Position numbers and translations under genes: made by a program. From Chloroflexota bacterium (GTDB taxonomy: Bacteria > Chloroflexota > Limnocylindria > Limnocylindrales > CSP1-4): a stretch of DNA of 58,884 nucleotides. The stretch spans positions 1-58,884 of the forward strand of contig PMKN01000064.1 in assembly GCA_003158675.1 (NCBI GenBank). Reading direction: 5' to 3'. Within the stretch, counting starts at the first letter, position 1. Each line of letters opens with the position of its first letter. This document shows, piece after piece, positions 47,130 through 56,111 of this stretch. The notes under the pieces are model-generated. The model worked only from the letters and a program-made list of their open reading frames with translations. It was not told where the DNA came from and searched no databases.

Positions 47130-48572
47130 GTGTCCGTGGACGTCGTCCAACTCTCGAGGCTTCAGTTTGCCCTGACGATCAGCTTCCACTTCATCTTTCC
47201 GTCGATCACGATTGGGCTCGCCGGCCTGATCGCTGTCACCGAAACCCTGCGCTGGCACACCCGGCGCGAGATCTACGACCGCATGGCGGTCTGGCTCACG
47301 AAGCTGTTCGCGATCACCTTCGTGACAGGCGTCGTGAGCGGCGTGGTCATGGAGTTCCAGTTCGGCACCAACTGGTCCGCCTTCTCCGGCTACGTCGGCG
47401 ACATCTTCGGCGCGCCGCTCGCCGCAGAGGGGATCCTCGCCTTCTTCCTCGAGTCGGCCTTCGTCGGCCTGATCCTCTTCGGTCGCGATCGCGTTTCTTC
47501 GACTGTGCGCTGGGTCGCCGGGCTTCTGGTGGCCTTCGGAACGCTTCTCTCCGGTTTCTGGATCCTTGTCGCCAACTCGTTCATGCAGACGCCGGCCGGC
47601 TACTCCTGCTACCCGGATCCGAATTGCGGCCCCACCACGACCAAGCTCGTCCTGACCGACTTCTGGGCCGCCGTCTTCAACCCCTCGACGGTGGCGCGGG
47701 TCTTCCACACCATCGCCGCATGCTACGTGGTGGGCGCCTTCTTCCTCACCGGAATCGCGGCCTGGTACATCCTGCGCGGCCGCAATCTCGACGTCGCTCG
47801 CATCTCTCTGCGGATGGGCATCGTGGCCGCGTTCCTGTTCTCGGGCCTGATGTTCGTCAGCGGCGATATGCAAACCCGCGAAGTCGCTGCCCAGCAGCCA
47901 CTCAAGTTCGCGGCGATGGAAGGAATCTGCAAGACCGAAAGCGGCGTCGCGCTGACGATCATCGCCATGCCGCCTACTCAGGCCTGTCCCGCGAATGCGG
48001 GCGGGATTGCCCTGCCCAACGGCTTGAGCCTGATGATGAATCTGGATCCCAACAGCACGATCAAGGGCCTCGATCAACAGCCCGACCAATCGCTCTGGCC
48101 GCCGGTGATGACCACTTTCCTGGGGTTTCACCTGATGGTCGCCATGGGCGGCCTGATGCTCCTGCTGATGACGCTGGGGGCGTTCTTCCTGCTGAGGCGG
48201 TCCGTGGAGCGACAGCGGTGGTGGCTGTGGGCTGCGGTCCTGGCCGTTCCGCTGCCCATCGCGGCTGTGGAGATCGGGTGGATGGTCGCAGAGGTTGGCC
48301 GGCAGCCGTGGATCGTATACGGCCTGATGATGACGACCGCAGGCGTCTCGCCCGGCGTCACGGCCGGCGACGTCCTCATTTCGCTCGGCGCCATTCTGGT
48401 CGTCTACGCCCTGCTCTTCTTCCTGTGGCTGTATTCGCTCCGGAAGGAGATCATCCGCGGCCCCGGTTCGGCGCCGGCGCAGGTGGAGGCTGCGGTTGGG
48501 TCCACGCCCCGCAAGCCAGTTGAGCCCGCAGTGACATCCGCCGCAGGGGCGATGGGCAAGGGAGGGCGTTGA
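47130..48572 (+). CDS. cydA: Cytochrome bd ubiquinol oxidase subunit I
   Basis: SRLQFALTISFHFIFP, MEFQFGTNW, FFLES, QPLKFAAMEG, GWMVAEVGRQPWIVYG. Confidence 0.96.
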   Translation: MSVDVVQLSRLQFALTISFHFIFPSITIGLAGLIAVTETLRWHTRREIYDRMAVWLTKLFAITFVTGVVSGVVMEFQFGTNWSAFSGYVGDIFGAPLAAEGILAFFLESAFVGLILFGRDRVSSTVRWVAGLLVAFGTLLSGFWILVANSFMQTPAGYSCYPDPNCGPTTTKLVLTDFWAAVFNPSTVARVFHTIAACYVVGAFFLTGIAAWYILRGRNLDVARISLRMGIVAAFLFSGLMFVSGDMQTREVAAQQPLKFAAMEGICKTESGVALTIIAMPPTQACPANAGGIALPNGLSLMMNLDPNSTIKGLDQQPDQSLWPPVMTTFLGFHLMVAMGGLMLLLMTLGAFFLLRRSVERQRWWLWAAVLAVPLPIAAVEIGWMVAEVGRQPWIVYGLMMTTAGVSPGVTAGDVLISLGAILVVYALLFFLWLYSLRKEIIRGPGSAPAQVEAAVGSTPRKPVEPAVTSAAGAMGKGGR

Positions 48573-48573
48573 G

Positions 48574-49590
48574 ATGCCGGAACTCGCAACGCTCTGGTTC
48601 GTTCTCCTGGGATTCCTCCTGGGCGGCTACGCGATGCTGGACGGTTTCGATCTCGGGGCCGGCATCGTCCATCTCTACGTGGCCCGAACCGACGAGGAAC
48701 GGCGCCACGTTCTCAACGCCATAGGCCCGGTCTGGGACGGCAACGAGGTTTGGCTGATCACCGCCGCGGGCGCGACTTTCGCCGCCTTCCCAACCGTCTA
48801 CGGGACCGTTCTCTCGGGGCTCTACCTGGTGGTCATGCTTCTGCTGGGGTCGCTGATCGTGCGCGCGATCTCGATCGAGTATCGCGACAAGGAAGCCTCG
48901 ACCCTGTGGCGTCGCGGCTGGGATGCTGGATTCTTCCTTGGGTCCGCCGGGGCGGCGCTGCTATTTGGGCTGGCTCTCGGCAACCTGCTGGCGGGTCTGC
49001 CCCTCGAGAACGGGGTCTACCACGGCGGCTTCCTGGGCCTCTTGCGCCCATTCCCGCTGGTCGTCGGCCTGCTCACGCTGGCTCTTGCCGCGCAGCAGGG
49101 TTCGGCGTGGCTGGTCATGAAGACGCAGGGCGATCTGGCGGCGCGGGCTCGGCAAACGCAGTTGGGCGCCCAAGTGGCGGTCGTGGTGGCCTGGCTGGCC
49201 GCCACGGTACTTGCGGCCGCAGGCTCAGCCCCGGCGATCGACAATTTCAAATCGAATCTGGGCGCGTGGATCGGCCCGGTCCTTGTCGCGAACGCGATCT
49301 TCTTCGGCTTCCGGGCAACACTGATGGGCCAGCATTTCCGGGCCTTCGTATGTTCCAGCCTGGTGATCGTGTTCCTGGCCGCCACTGCGGCAACAGCGCT
49401 CTACCCGAACCTGGTGCCAGCCACAGATCCCGCCCAGAGCCTGACCGTGGCCGGCGCCCATTCCTCCGACCTGACCATGAAGGTCATGCTCGTTGTGGCG
49501 GGTCTCGGGATGCCGATCGTCATTGGCTACTCGTCCTTCATCTACTGGAAATTCAAGGGCAAGGTCCGCCTGGACGGGGCGAGCTACTAA
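48574..49590 (+). CDS. cydB: Cytochrome bd ubiquinol oxidase subunit II
   Basis: YAMLDGFDLGAG, IGPVWDGNEVWLI, FAAFP. Confidence 0.95.
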   Translation: MPELATLWFVLLGFLLGGYAMLDGFDLGAGIVHLYVARTDEERRHVLNAIGPVWDGNEVWLITAAGATFAAFPTVYGTVLSGLYLVVMLLLGSLIVRAISIEYRDKEASTLWRRGWDAGFFLGSAGAALLFGLALGNLLAGLPLENGVYHGGFLGLLRPFPLVVGLLTLALAAQQGSAWLVMKTQGDLAARARQTQLGAQVAVVVAWLAATVLAAAGSAPAIDNFKSNLGAWIGPVLVANAIFFGFRATLMGQHFRAFVCSSLVIVFLAATAATALYPNLVPATDPAQSLTVAGAHSSDLTMKVMLVVAGLGMPIVIGYSSFIYWKFKGKVRLDGASY

Positions 49591-49663
49591 GGGCGTCTTG
49601 CCCTCGCGTCCAAAGGGCTGCCGCGCCTGGTAGGGCGGATGCCCTGTCGGCCTCATCTGCGGG

Positions 49664-51019
49664 CTACCAGCGCGGTGCGACCTGCGAGTCCAGGAGTTCG
49701 CGCGGGGAGACGCGCGGCCGGATCAGTCTGGCCTCGCCGCCGCGCACCGCCACCTCCGCAGCGGTTGGGTGCGACAGGAAGTACGGCATCGATTCGGTGA
49801 ATCCGTACGCGCCCGCGTCCAGCACAGCAATGAGATCGCCAACCTGCGGCTTCGGCAGCAACGCGGCCGTGGCGAAGACGTCCAGACCGGTGCAGAGCGG
49901 TCCCGCCACGGTAGTGGGAACGCGTTCACGCGAGTCGGCGTCCGTGGCCAGAAGCGCCAGGCGCTGCGGTTGACGCACGAGCGCGGTCCGAACCAGGTGG
50001 TTGATACCGCCATCGAGAATCGCGACCGGCGCCGCGTCGGTGCCTTTCACGTCCACGACCCGGGCCACGTACGCTCCTGCGGGCCCCACGAGGAAGCGGC
50101 CGGGCTCGAGCAGGACTTCCATCTCGCGCAGGGCGGGATCCCGGTCCCAACGGGCGCGCAGCTCCTCCAGCCGAGCCCCCAAAGCGGCGAGGTCCAGTGG
50201 CTTCTCGGCGTCGGCGTAGGGGATCCCCAGCCCGCCGCCCGCGTCCACGAGCCGGAGCGGAACGCCCGCCTCGGCGGCCACTTCCTCACCGACTGCCACC
50301 AGCTCCGCCACGTGATCCACCAGACGGTCGACGTCGAGCAGGTTGGACGCGCCGAAGGCGTGGATGCCGAGCAGCTCCAGGTTGGGTGACGCTGCAGCGC
50401 GCTTCGCCGCTTCCTTGAGGACCGGCAGCGGCATGCCGAACTTGCCTTCGGCGCCACCGATGAGACGGACCCGTTCGAACTTCGCGTCGTCGGCCACGGC
50501 GAGACGCAGCAGGACGGGCTGGCGACGCTGAAGCCGAGCCGCGATGCCTTCGAGACGCTCCAGCTCCCCTGGCGATTCGACGGTCACGGCGCCGATGCCA
50601 GCGGTCACCGCGGCGGCCAGCTCGTCGTCGCGCTTGCCCGGCCCGGTCATCGCGATCGAGACCGGGGCGAAACCCGCGCGGAGCACGGTTTCGAGCTCGC
50701 CGCCCGAGGCTATGTCAGCGCCGATGCCGCAACCGGCGACATGGGCGAGCAGGCCGAGCGCGGGATTGGCCTTGACGGCGAAGGCGAGCCGGAACCCGAA
50801 CGGGAGAACGGCCCCCAGCGCGTCGATGCGACGGCCGATCAGGTCCAGGTCGTAGACGTAGAGCGGCGTCCCGAAGTCCCTCGCCAGCGCAGCCGGGGAA
50901 GCCCCGCCCAGAAGCCCGTCGCCGAGCATGGTGTCGATTTGGGGCGGCCGGGGGGCTTCCGCCTGCTCGACCGAAGGGTCGGCCGCCTGTTCGACCGAAG
51001 CCGGCTCCTGGGTGGTCAC
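49664..51019 (-). CDS. lysA: Diaminopimelate decarboxylase (fold-type III PLP), atypical motifs
   Basis: FGTPLYVYD, FAVKANP, ASGGEL, TGPGKR, DAGGGLG, EPGRFLV, AGAYG; last gene of dap operon (GTGA overlap). Confidence 0.82.
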   Translation of the reverse strand: MTTQEPASVEQAADPSVEQAEAPRPPQIDTMLGDGLLGGASPAALARDFGTPLYVYDLDLIGRRIDALGAVLPFGFRLAFAVKANPALGLLAHVAGCGIGADIASGGELETVLRAGFAPVSIAMTGPGKRDDELAAAVTAGIGAVTVESPGELERLEGIAARLQRRQPVLLRLAVADDAKFERVRLIGGAEGKFGMPLPVLKEAAKRAAASPNLELLGIHAFGASNLLDVDRLVDHVAELVAVGEEVAAEAGVPLRLVDAGGGLGIPYADAEKPLDLAALGARLEELRARWDRDPALREMEVLLEPGRFLVGPAGAYVARVVDVKGTDAAPVAILDGGINHLVRTALVRQPQRLALLATDADSRERVPTTVAGPLCTGLDVFATAALLPKPQVGDLIAVLDAGAYGFTESMPYFLSHPTAAEVAVRGGEARLIRPRVSPRELLDSQVAPRW

Positions 51020-51816
51020 CGCAGGGCCTCCCGGAGAGCGACTCTGGCGTCGGTGCGCTCGTCGCGGTACTTGACGATGACCGCGGCCGAAAGGCCGATG
51101 CCGTTCGCCTCCGCGAATTCGCCGCGAGCTTGCCGTACGCCCGGCGCGACAACGGCTCCGGCCGGCACGATGAGCGGCTCCTCCAGCGTCCCGACGATGA
51201 CGCGGGCCTGCACGAGATCGTACAAGCGGCTCGTGCCCGTCAGGATCGTTCCTGCGGCGATCACCGCGCCGCGCTTGACGAGCACGCCCTCGAGCAGCGC
51301 CGATTGCGCCCCGACGAAGACCTCGTCCTCCACGATTACGGGCCGGCGGCCGGCCGGCTCCAGGACCCCGCCGATCTGGACCGCGGCCGAGAGATGGACG
51401 CGCGCCCCGATCTGGGCGCACGAGCCCACCAGGACGTGCGAGTCGACCATCGTGCCCTCGCCGACCCAGGCCCCGACGTTGATGTACGAGGGCGGCATGA
51501 TCGTCACGCCGGGCGCGAGATACACGCCGCGCCGGACCGAGGAGCCGCCCGGGACGACCCGCCACGGCTTGCCCGCCGCAAGCGCCGCGCGTGCCTCCTC
51601 CGAATCGAGCAGGTCCTTGACCGGTAGTCCAACGCGGTCGCGGAACTGGAAGGCTCCGTCGATGTTCCACGTTCGCGTGGCGCGGTCGGAGAACAGCGAC
51701 AGGATCGCCTGTTGGACCTCGGGATTGACTCGCCAACCGTCGGCCGAGGAAGGGTCTGGTTCGGCGGCCCGGCTCTCACCCGAATCCAAAGCCCGCAGGA
51801 TCGAGTCCATGCTCAC
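51016..51816 (-). CDS. dapD: Tetrahydrodipicolinate N-succinyltransferase
   Basis: RVVPGG, MPPSYINVGAWV, MVDSHVLVGSCAQIG, GGVLEP, IVKYRDERTDAR. Confidence 0.93.
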   Translation of the reverse strand: MSMDSILRALDSGESRAAEPDPSSADGWRVNPEVQQAILSLFSDRATRTWNIDGAFQFRDRVGLPVKDLLDSEEARAALAAGKPWRVVPGGSSVRRGVYLAPGVTIMPPSYINVGAWVGEGTMVDSHVLVGSCAQIGARVHLSAAVQIGGVLEPAGRRPVIVEDEVFVGAQSALLEGVLVKRGAVIAAGTILTGTSRLYDLVQARVIVGTLEEPLIVPAGAVVAPGVRQARGEFAEANGIGLSAAVIVKYRDERTDARVALREALR

Positions 51817-52781
51817 GCTACTCCCACGCCTGCCGGTGCGGTCGATGAGGTCGCTGCTCCGTCCGCGTCCGCATCGAGAAGCCCGAACCCCGTGAGAAGC
51901 GTCCGCATTCGGCTCCGGTGCGGCTCATCGAGCGGCATCAGCGGCATGCGCAGTGTGTCCGAGCAGAGTCCCATCAGCGACATGGCCGCCTTCACCGGGA
52001 CCGGGTTCGGGCCGCCCAGGAAGTTCGCCTTCATCAGCGGTAGCCAGCGCTCGTGGATCGCGCGAGCACGGTCCCAGTCGCCGGCGAAGGCCGCGTCGCA
52101 CAACTCCGCCATTTCGCCGGGGATCTCATTGGCGCACGTGCAAATGACTCCGTCGCCGCCGAGGGCGAGCATCGGCATCGTCCAGGTGTCGTCGCCTGCG
52201 AGGACCGAGAAGTCCGCTGGGCGCTCACTCAGTATCGTCGCAATCTGGTCCATGTTCGCCGACGCTTCCTTCAATGCCACGATCCGAGGATGCTCGGCGA
52301 GACGGAGGAGGGTTGCCGCCTCGACGTTCACGCCGGTGCGGCCCGGGACGTTGTAGACGATGATCGGGAGGTCGCCCTCATCGGCCACGGCTCGGAAGTG
52401 CGACTCGAGCATCCGCTGGTCGGGCTTGTTGTAGTACGGCGCCACGACGAGAGCGGCGTCCACGCCGAGCTTCGCGGCGCGCCGCGTCGAGCTGATCGCG
52501 GTCGCCGTGCTGTTGGAGCCGGTACCGGCGATGACACGAACACGCGCCCGGCTCGGCCGCTCGGACGCGACCTCCAGAGTCGTGCCGATGACCCACTCAT
52601 CTTCTTCGTGGCTCAAGGTCGGTGTTTCGCCGGTGGTGCCGCACGCGACCAGGCCGTGTATGCAGGCGTCGATCTGGCGGCGGACCAGCGCGCGGAAGGC
52701 AGCCTCATCGATTTCTCCGGACGGGGTGAATGGCGTGACGAGGGCCGTGAAGGCTCCTCGGAACTGGCGGCTGGGTGGCAT
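51813..52781 (-). CDS. dapA: 4-hydroxy-tetrahydrodipicolinate synthase
   Basis: TALVTPF, GTTGE, GTGSNST, APYYNKP, YNVPGRTG, ALKEAS, PVPVKAAM. Confidence 0.96.
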   Translation of the reverse strand: MPPSRQFRGAFTALVTPFTPSGEIDEAAFRALVRRQIDACIHGLVACGTTGETPTLSHEEDEWVIGTTLEVASERPSRARVRVIAGTGSNSTATAISSTRRAAKLGVDAALVVAPYYNKPDQRMLESHFRAVADEGDLPIIVYNVPGRTGVNVEAATLLRLAEHPRIVALKEASANMDQIATILSERPADFSVLAGDDTWTMPMLALGGDGVICTCANEIPGEMAELCDAAFAGDWDRARAIHERWLPLMKANFLGGPNPVPVKAAMSLMGLCSDTLRMPLMPLDEPHRSRMRTLLTGFGLLDADADGAATSSTAPAGVGVA

Positions 52782-52810
52782 CTCGGTCGCTCCTTGAGGA
52801 ATCGCGGGGT

Positions 52811-53626
52811 TCAGTGGGAGGCGTGGGAGTCAGGCTGGGCGGCCGCTCGGCCGTCCGATCCGGAGCCAGCAGAGGCTCTGGCGATGATCGAGTCGAGGAC
52901 ATCGTCGAAGCTATGGAAACCGGGTGCGCGTGGCTCGGCCAGCAGCCACTCGGCGGCGGCGATAGCCCCGGAGGCGTAGGCCGACCGATCTCGAGCGGTC
53001 AGGCGCATCTCCAGGCTCTCGCCCGGGGCGTCGAAACCGACCAGATGCATGCCCGGGGCCGCGCCTGCCCGGATGACCGACACGTCCAGCTCCTCGGGCG
53101 CGGGCGAGCCGTGGACCATCGGCTGAGCCACGCGGGTCTTGCGCGGATGCGCGGCTATGAGCCGGCGGGACAGCTCGATGGCGGTGCCCGAGGGGCGATC
53201 CGTCTTGGTGCGACGGTGCCACTCGACCAGATATGGGTCGTATTCGGCAAACGGGCCGAAGAGCCGGGCCGCGTCCTCTACGAGACGGGCGAACAGCATG
53301 ACGCCGAGGCTGAAGCTGGCCGATGCGACTGCCGCGGCGCGGCCATCGAGCAGCAGCCGCTCGACCTGGGGGCGGTCGGCGGCCCAGGCCGTCGTGCCGA
53401 TCACGAAGTTGCGGATGCCCGCGTCCAGTGCTGCCTGCACGTTCGGAAGAACGGCCTCGCCGACGCTGAAATCGAACAGCACGTCCGCGCCACGGAAGCG
53501 CTCCGGCAGGTGGCCGGCGGCGGAGTCAGGCATGCCCAGGATCGCCTGGGGCGGCATGCCGCGGCCCGCCAGCGCAGACGCAACCACCAGACCCATGCCT
53601 CCGTCCCCGGCGACGATACTCAGCAT
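52811..53626 (-). CDS. dapB: 4-hydroxy-tetrahydrodipicolinate reductase
   Basis: GDGGMG, DFS, VIGTT, SFSLGV, EWHRRTKTDRPSGTA, RSAYASGA; SD GGAGG. Confidence 0.9.
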   Translation of the reverse strand: MLSIVAGDGGMGLVVASALAGRGMPPQAILGMPDSAAGHLPERFRGADVLFDFSVGEAVLPNVQAALDAGIRNFVIGTTAWAADRPQVERLLLDGRAAAVASASFSLGVMLFARLVEDAARLFGPFAEYDPYLVEWHRRTKTDRPSGTAIELSRRLIAAHPRKTRVAQPMVHGSPAPEELDVSVIRAGAAPGMHLVGFDAPGESLEMRLTARDRSAYASGAIAAAEWLLAEPRAPGFHSFDDVLDSIIARASAGSGSDGRAAAQPDSHASH

Positions 53627-53664
53627 TCCGATTTGCCTCCGTGGTTGTTCCGACGTGGTCCCAG

Positions 53665-53703
53665 AAAATGGAAAGCCGCGGCACCTGTTTGCGGTGTCGC
53701 GGC
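53665..53703 (-). terminator. Attenuator terminator
   Basis: Minus strand GCCGCGACACC-GCAAACA-GGTGCCGCGGC followed by TTTCCATTTT, 39 nt upstream of dapB start. Confidence 0.75.
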
Positions 53704-53755
53704 CCTCGGAGCCTTGCCCTCTGGCTCCGCGGTTCATCCGAAACGCCGCCGAGCC

Positions 53756-53824
53756 TTAGGGCCGAGCCTCGCGGCAGGGCCGCCAACGCTTCGACTTGGG
53801 CTTGGCGGGCAGCTGGATGAACAT
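53756..53824 (-). CDS. Leader peptide MFIQLPAKPKSKRWRPCREARP (22 aa)
   Basis: ATG 9 nt after CATAAT -10; AAG codons at positions 8, 10, 12; TAA stop. Confidence 0.7.
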   Translation of the reverse strand: MFIQLPAKPKSKRWRPCREARP

Positions 53825-53833
53825 TGCTGGCGG

Positions 53834-53863
53834 ATTATGCACCAACTGACAACAGATGCGCAA
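53834..53863 (-). promoter_or_regulatory. Sigma70-like promoter of leader-dap operon (TTGCGC-18-CATAAT)
   Basis: Hexamers at 53858-53863 and 53834-53839 in an AT-enriched patch. Confidence 0.55.
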
Positions 53864-53876
53864 CCATTGCGGTCAT

Positions 53877-53916
53877 TATGCAGAGTGCATACGAGGAGCT
53901 GCATAGACAGCATGCA
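53877..53916. promoter_or_regulatory. Candidate operator: TATGCA-GAG-TGCATA palindrome plus TGCAT-N7-ATGCA
   Basis: 15-bp dyad at 53877-53891; 14-mer identical to kamA upstream element; second dyad at 53900-53916. Confidence 0.65.
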
Positions 53917-54017
53917 TCGCGGATAGGAGGCCCGCCAGGACTGGGCGCGGCGCCGCAGGCCCGGGGTAGGGATTTCCCGCCGTTCCTCGCGCCTTTGACG
54001 GTGCTACCTTCGATGGC

Positions 54018-56111
54018 ATGGAGTCCATTCGACGCCGGCCCACTCGGGGTTCTGCGGCCGTCGCGCTGGCCGTAATTGCGGCGGTTGCGTCAGTGACGGC
54101 GCTGCGCTTGCCAGCGCCGGATGTGGGGTTCCACCTTGCCTACCAGAACGGCGAAGTCGAAGTCTCGTCGGTGGACTACGGCAGCGCGGCCCAGTCGGGC
54201 GATATGCAGTCCGGCGTCGTTGTCACGTGGCTGAACGGTCAGTACCTGCTTGGCATGTCCGAGCAGGCCAAACGCGACCTCGTCCAATCGGGCGGGCCCT
54301 GGGTGACGTTGCGGACCACGACCCGAGACCAGGTGGCCGCCGAGGAGGCCGCGTACACGAAGCTCGCCGCCGTGGCGCGCCAGAGCGATACTCCCTGGCT
54401 GGCGAATCCCGAGGCGAACCCGGTGCCGGCGTGCTACCTGGACGGGACGTGCATCCCTTTCGAAACACGGTGGCAGGCGGATGGCGGCAGTTTCACCTAC
54501 TCCATCCTTAGCCCCATGGTCGAGGGCGCCGCACTGTGTCTGCCCACGGATGGCAACCAGGTTTCGGTATCGTTCGCGGAATCCTTGTTGCAGCCGGACG
54601 GGGCGGGATCCTACACGGTTTATGCGACCGGAGCGCAATTCTGCGTCCTGGGTTCCCCGGTTCCCGGCGCTTCCCCATACGGGTACATCGGTGCATCCGA
54701 CCAGTTGTACTTCCGGGACTGGTGGATGCCGGTCGGGTCCGACCCCGGACCAGCCATCCTCGGCTTCGCGATCCTGCTGTTCGGTTGGCTCATCGTCGGC
54801 CGCGGCTGGGCCGGCTCGACACTCAAGCCCTTCGCCCTGACGCTTCCGCTTGCCACGGCGGTGCCGCTGCTCGTAGTGCCCATCGACCGCTACCCGACTC
54901 TGGCGGCGCTTGTCGCGGGTTCGATCCTGGTGCCGATGGCCATGCTGCCGCTCGCCATCGACTTCCTCGACCGGATGGATCGTGGCTCGCGCCGGTCGCT
55001 CGTCGCTTCGGTCACCGTTGGACTGGCGCTCGGATCCGCCGGCTGCGGACTCCTGATGCCTGCCGATTACGCTCTGGTCGTGCTGCGCGCCTTCCTGGCC
55101 GGTTGTGTGCCATTCGTCCCCGGCCTGTTCGCGGCCCGCCCGTTCCACCGCCTGGAATCGGGCGCGATCCCCGGCCGCAGCCGGTGGCGTGGCGTTGCCG
55201 CAAGCGGGTTGACATTGATCCCAGGGCCGTTCGCCGCTCGGCTGGCGCGCCGGCTCGAGTTCGGCTCGGCCGCGTCGTCGAGCCCGACTCCTCGCGCGCT
55301 GATCGATCGGGTCGACATACTGCTGGCGGCCATGACGCCTGGCATCGCCGCGATCTGCCTTACCTCCCCGTACAAGGTCGCGGTCGAGCCTCTCCTGTAT
55401 TGGCTGGCAGCGTTGCTGGTCGCGACCCGCCTCATCGTGCGGCCTCTCGGGCGGCTCGCGACAGTTGCGGTCCGCCAGCGCGATCTGGTCGTCGCCGCCA
55501 CCGAAGCTGAGCGGACTCGGATCGCCGCCGACATCCACGACGATGCCCTCCAGGATCTGACGATGCTGGTGCGCCGACTCGACGCGGCCGGCGACGCGCA
55601 GAACGCGCAGGCGGCACGAGACATCGCCGAGCGGCTGCGAGCGATCTGCGGCGACCTGCGGCTGCCGGTGCTCGACGATCTTGGCGTCGGCCCGGCGCTC
55701 GAATGGCTATGCAGCCGGTTGGACGTGAAGACCGAACCCATCACGCTCGACCGTCTCGATGGCGAAGCCAGGCTTCCGGCAGACGTCGAGCTGGCCGTCT
55801 TCCGGATCGCCCAGGAAGCTCTCTCGAACGCGGTCCGGCATGGCGCGGCGCCTGTCGTGGTGCGCTATCGGGCGCGGGACGGATGGGTCGAACTCGAGGT
55901 GGACGACGCCGGCCCGGGGATCGCGGATGGCGCGGCCGAGCTGGCCGAGAAGACCGGTCACCTGGGGCTGCTCAACATGACGCAGCGATCCGAGGCCGTG
56001 GGGGCGAGACTCTCGATCCGCGGCAGGCCGGGCGGCGGCACGCGGGTCTCTTTCGTCTGGGAACGCGCGAGTTCCACGAACGGCGCCGTGGCCGCGATCG
56101 CTCCCGCATGA
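54018..56111 (+). CDS. Membrane sensor histidine kinase (HisKA_3/NarX-like) with PDZ-like N-terminal region
   Basis: RIAADIHDDALQ H-box, QEALSNAVRHG, DDAGPG, GHLGLLNM; multiple TM. Confidence 0.88.
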   Translation: MESIRRRPTRGSAAVALAVIAAVASVTALRLPAPDVGFHLAYQNGEVEVSSVDYGSAAQSGDMQSGVVVTWLNGQYLLGMSEQAKRDLVQSGGPWVTLRTTTRDQVAAEEAAYTKLAAVARQSDTPWLANPEANPVPACYLDGTCIPFETRWQADGGSFTYSILSPMVEGAALCLPTDGNQVSVSFAESLLQPDGAGSYTVYATGAQFCVLGSPVPGASPYGYIGASDQLYFRDWWMPVGSDPGPAILGFAILLFGWLIVGRGWAGSTLKPFALTLPLATAVPLLVVPIDRYPTLAALVAGSILVPMAMLPLAIDFLDRMDRGSRRSLVASVTVGLALGSAGCGLLMPADYALVVLRAFLAGCVPFVPGLFAARPFHRLESGAIPGRSRWRGVAASGLTLIPGPFAARLARRLEFGSAASSSPTPRALIDRVDILLAAMTPGIAAICLTSPYKVAVEPLLYWLAALLVATRLIVRPLGRLATVAVRQRDLVVAATEAERTRIAADIHDDALQDLTMLVRRLDAAGDAQNAQAARDIAERLRAICGDLRLPVLDDLGVGPALEWLCSRLDVKTEPITLDRLDGEARLPADVELAVFRIAQEALSNAVRHGAAPVVVRYRARDGWVELEVDDAGPGIADGAAELAEKTGHLGLLNMTQRSEAVGARLSIRGRPGGGTRVSFVWERASSTNGAVAAIAPA

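Larger units (their letters stand above)
53665..53824 (-). promoter_or_regulatory. Putative ribosome-mediated transcription attenuator of the dap operon
   Basis: Leader ORF with 3 Lys codons; mutually exclusive pairings 1:2, 2:3 and terminator 3:4 with U-rich tail. Confidence 0.72.

Noticed and set aside
50955-51005. Short duplicated GTCGAACAGGCGG in the lysA N-terminus
   Set aside because: Two copies in a disordered extension; no function evident.
53630-53830. Lysine riboswitch (L-box) upstream of dapB
   Set aside because: No recognisable AGAGG-GC...loop-E or kissing-loop consensus; the leader ORF plus terminator explains the region better.
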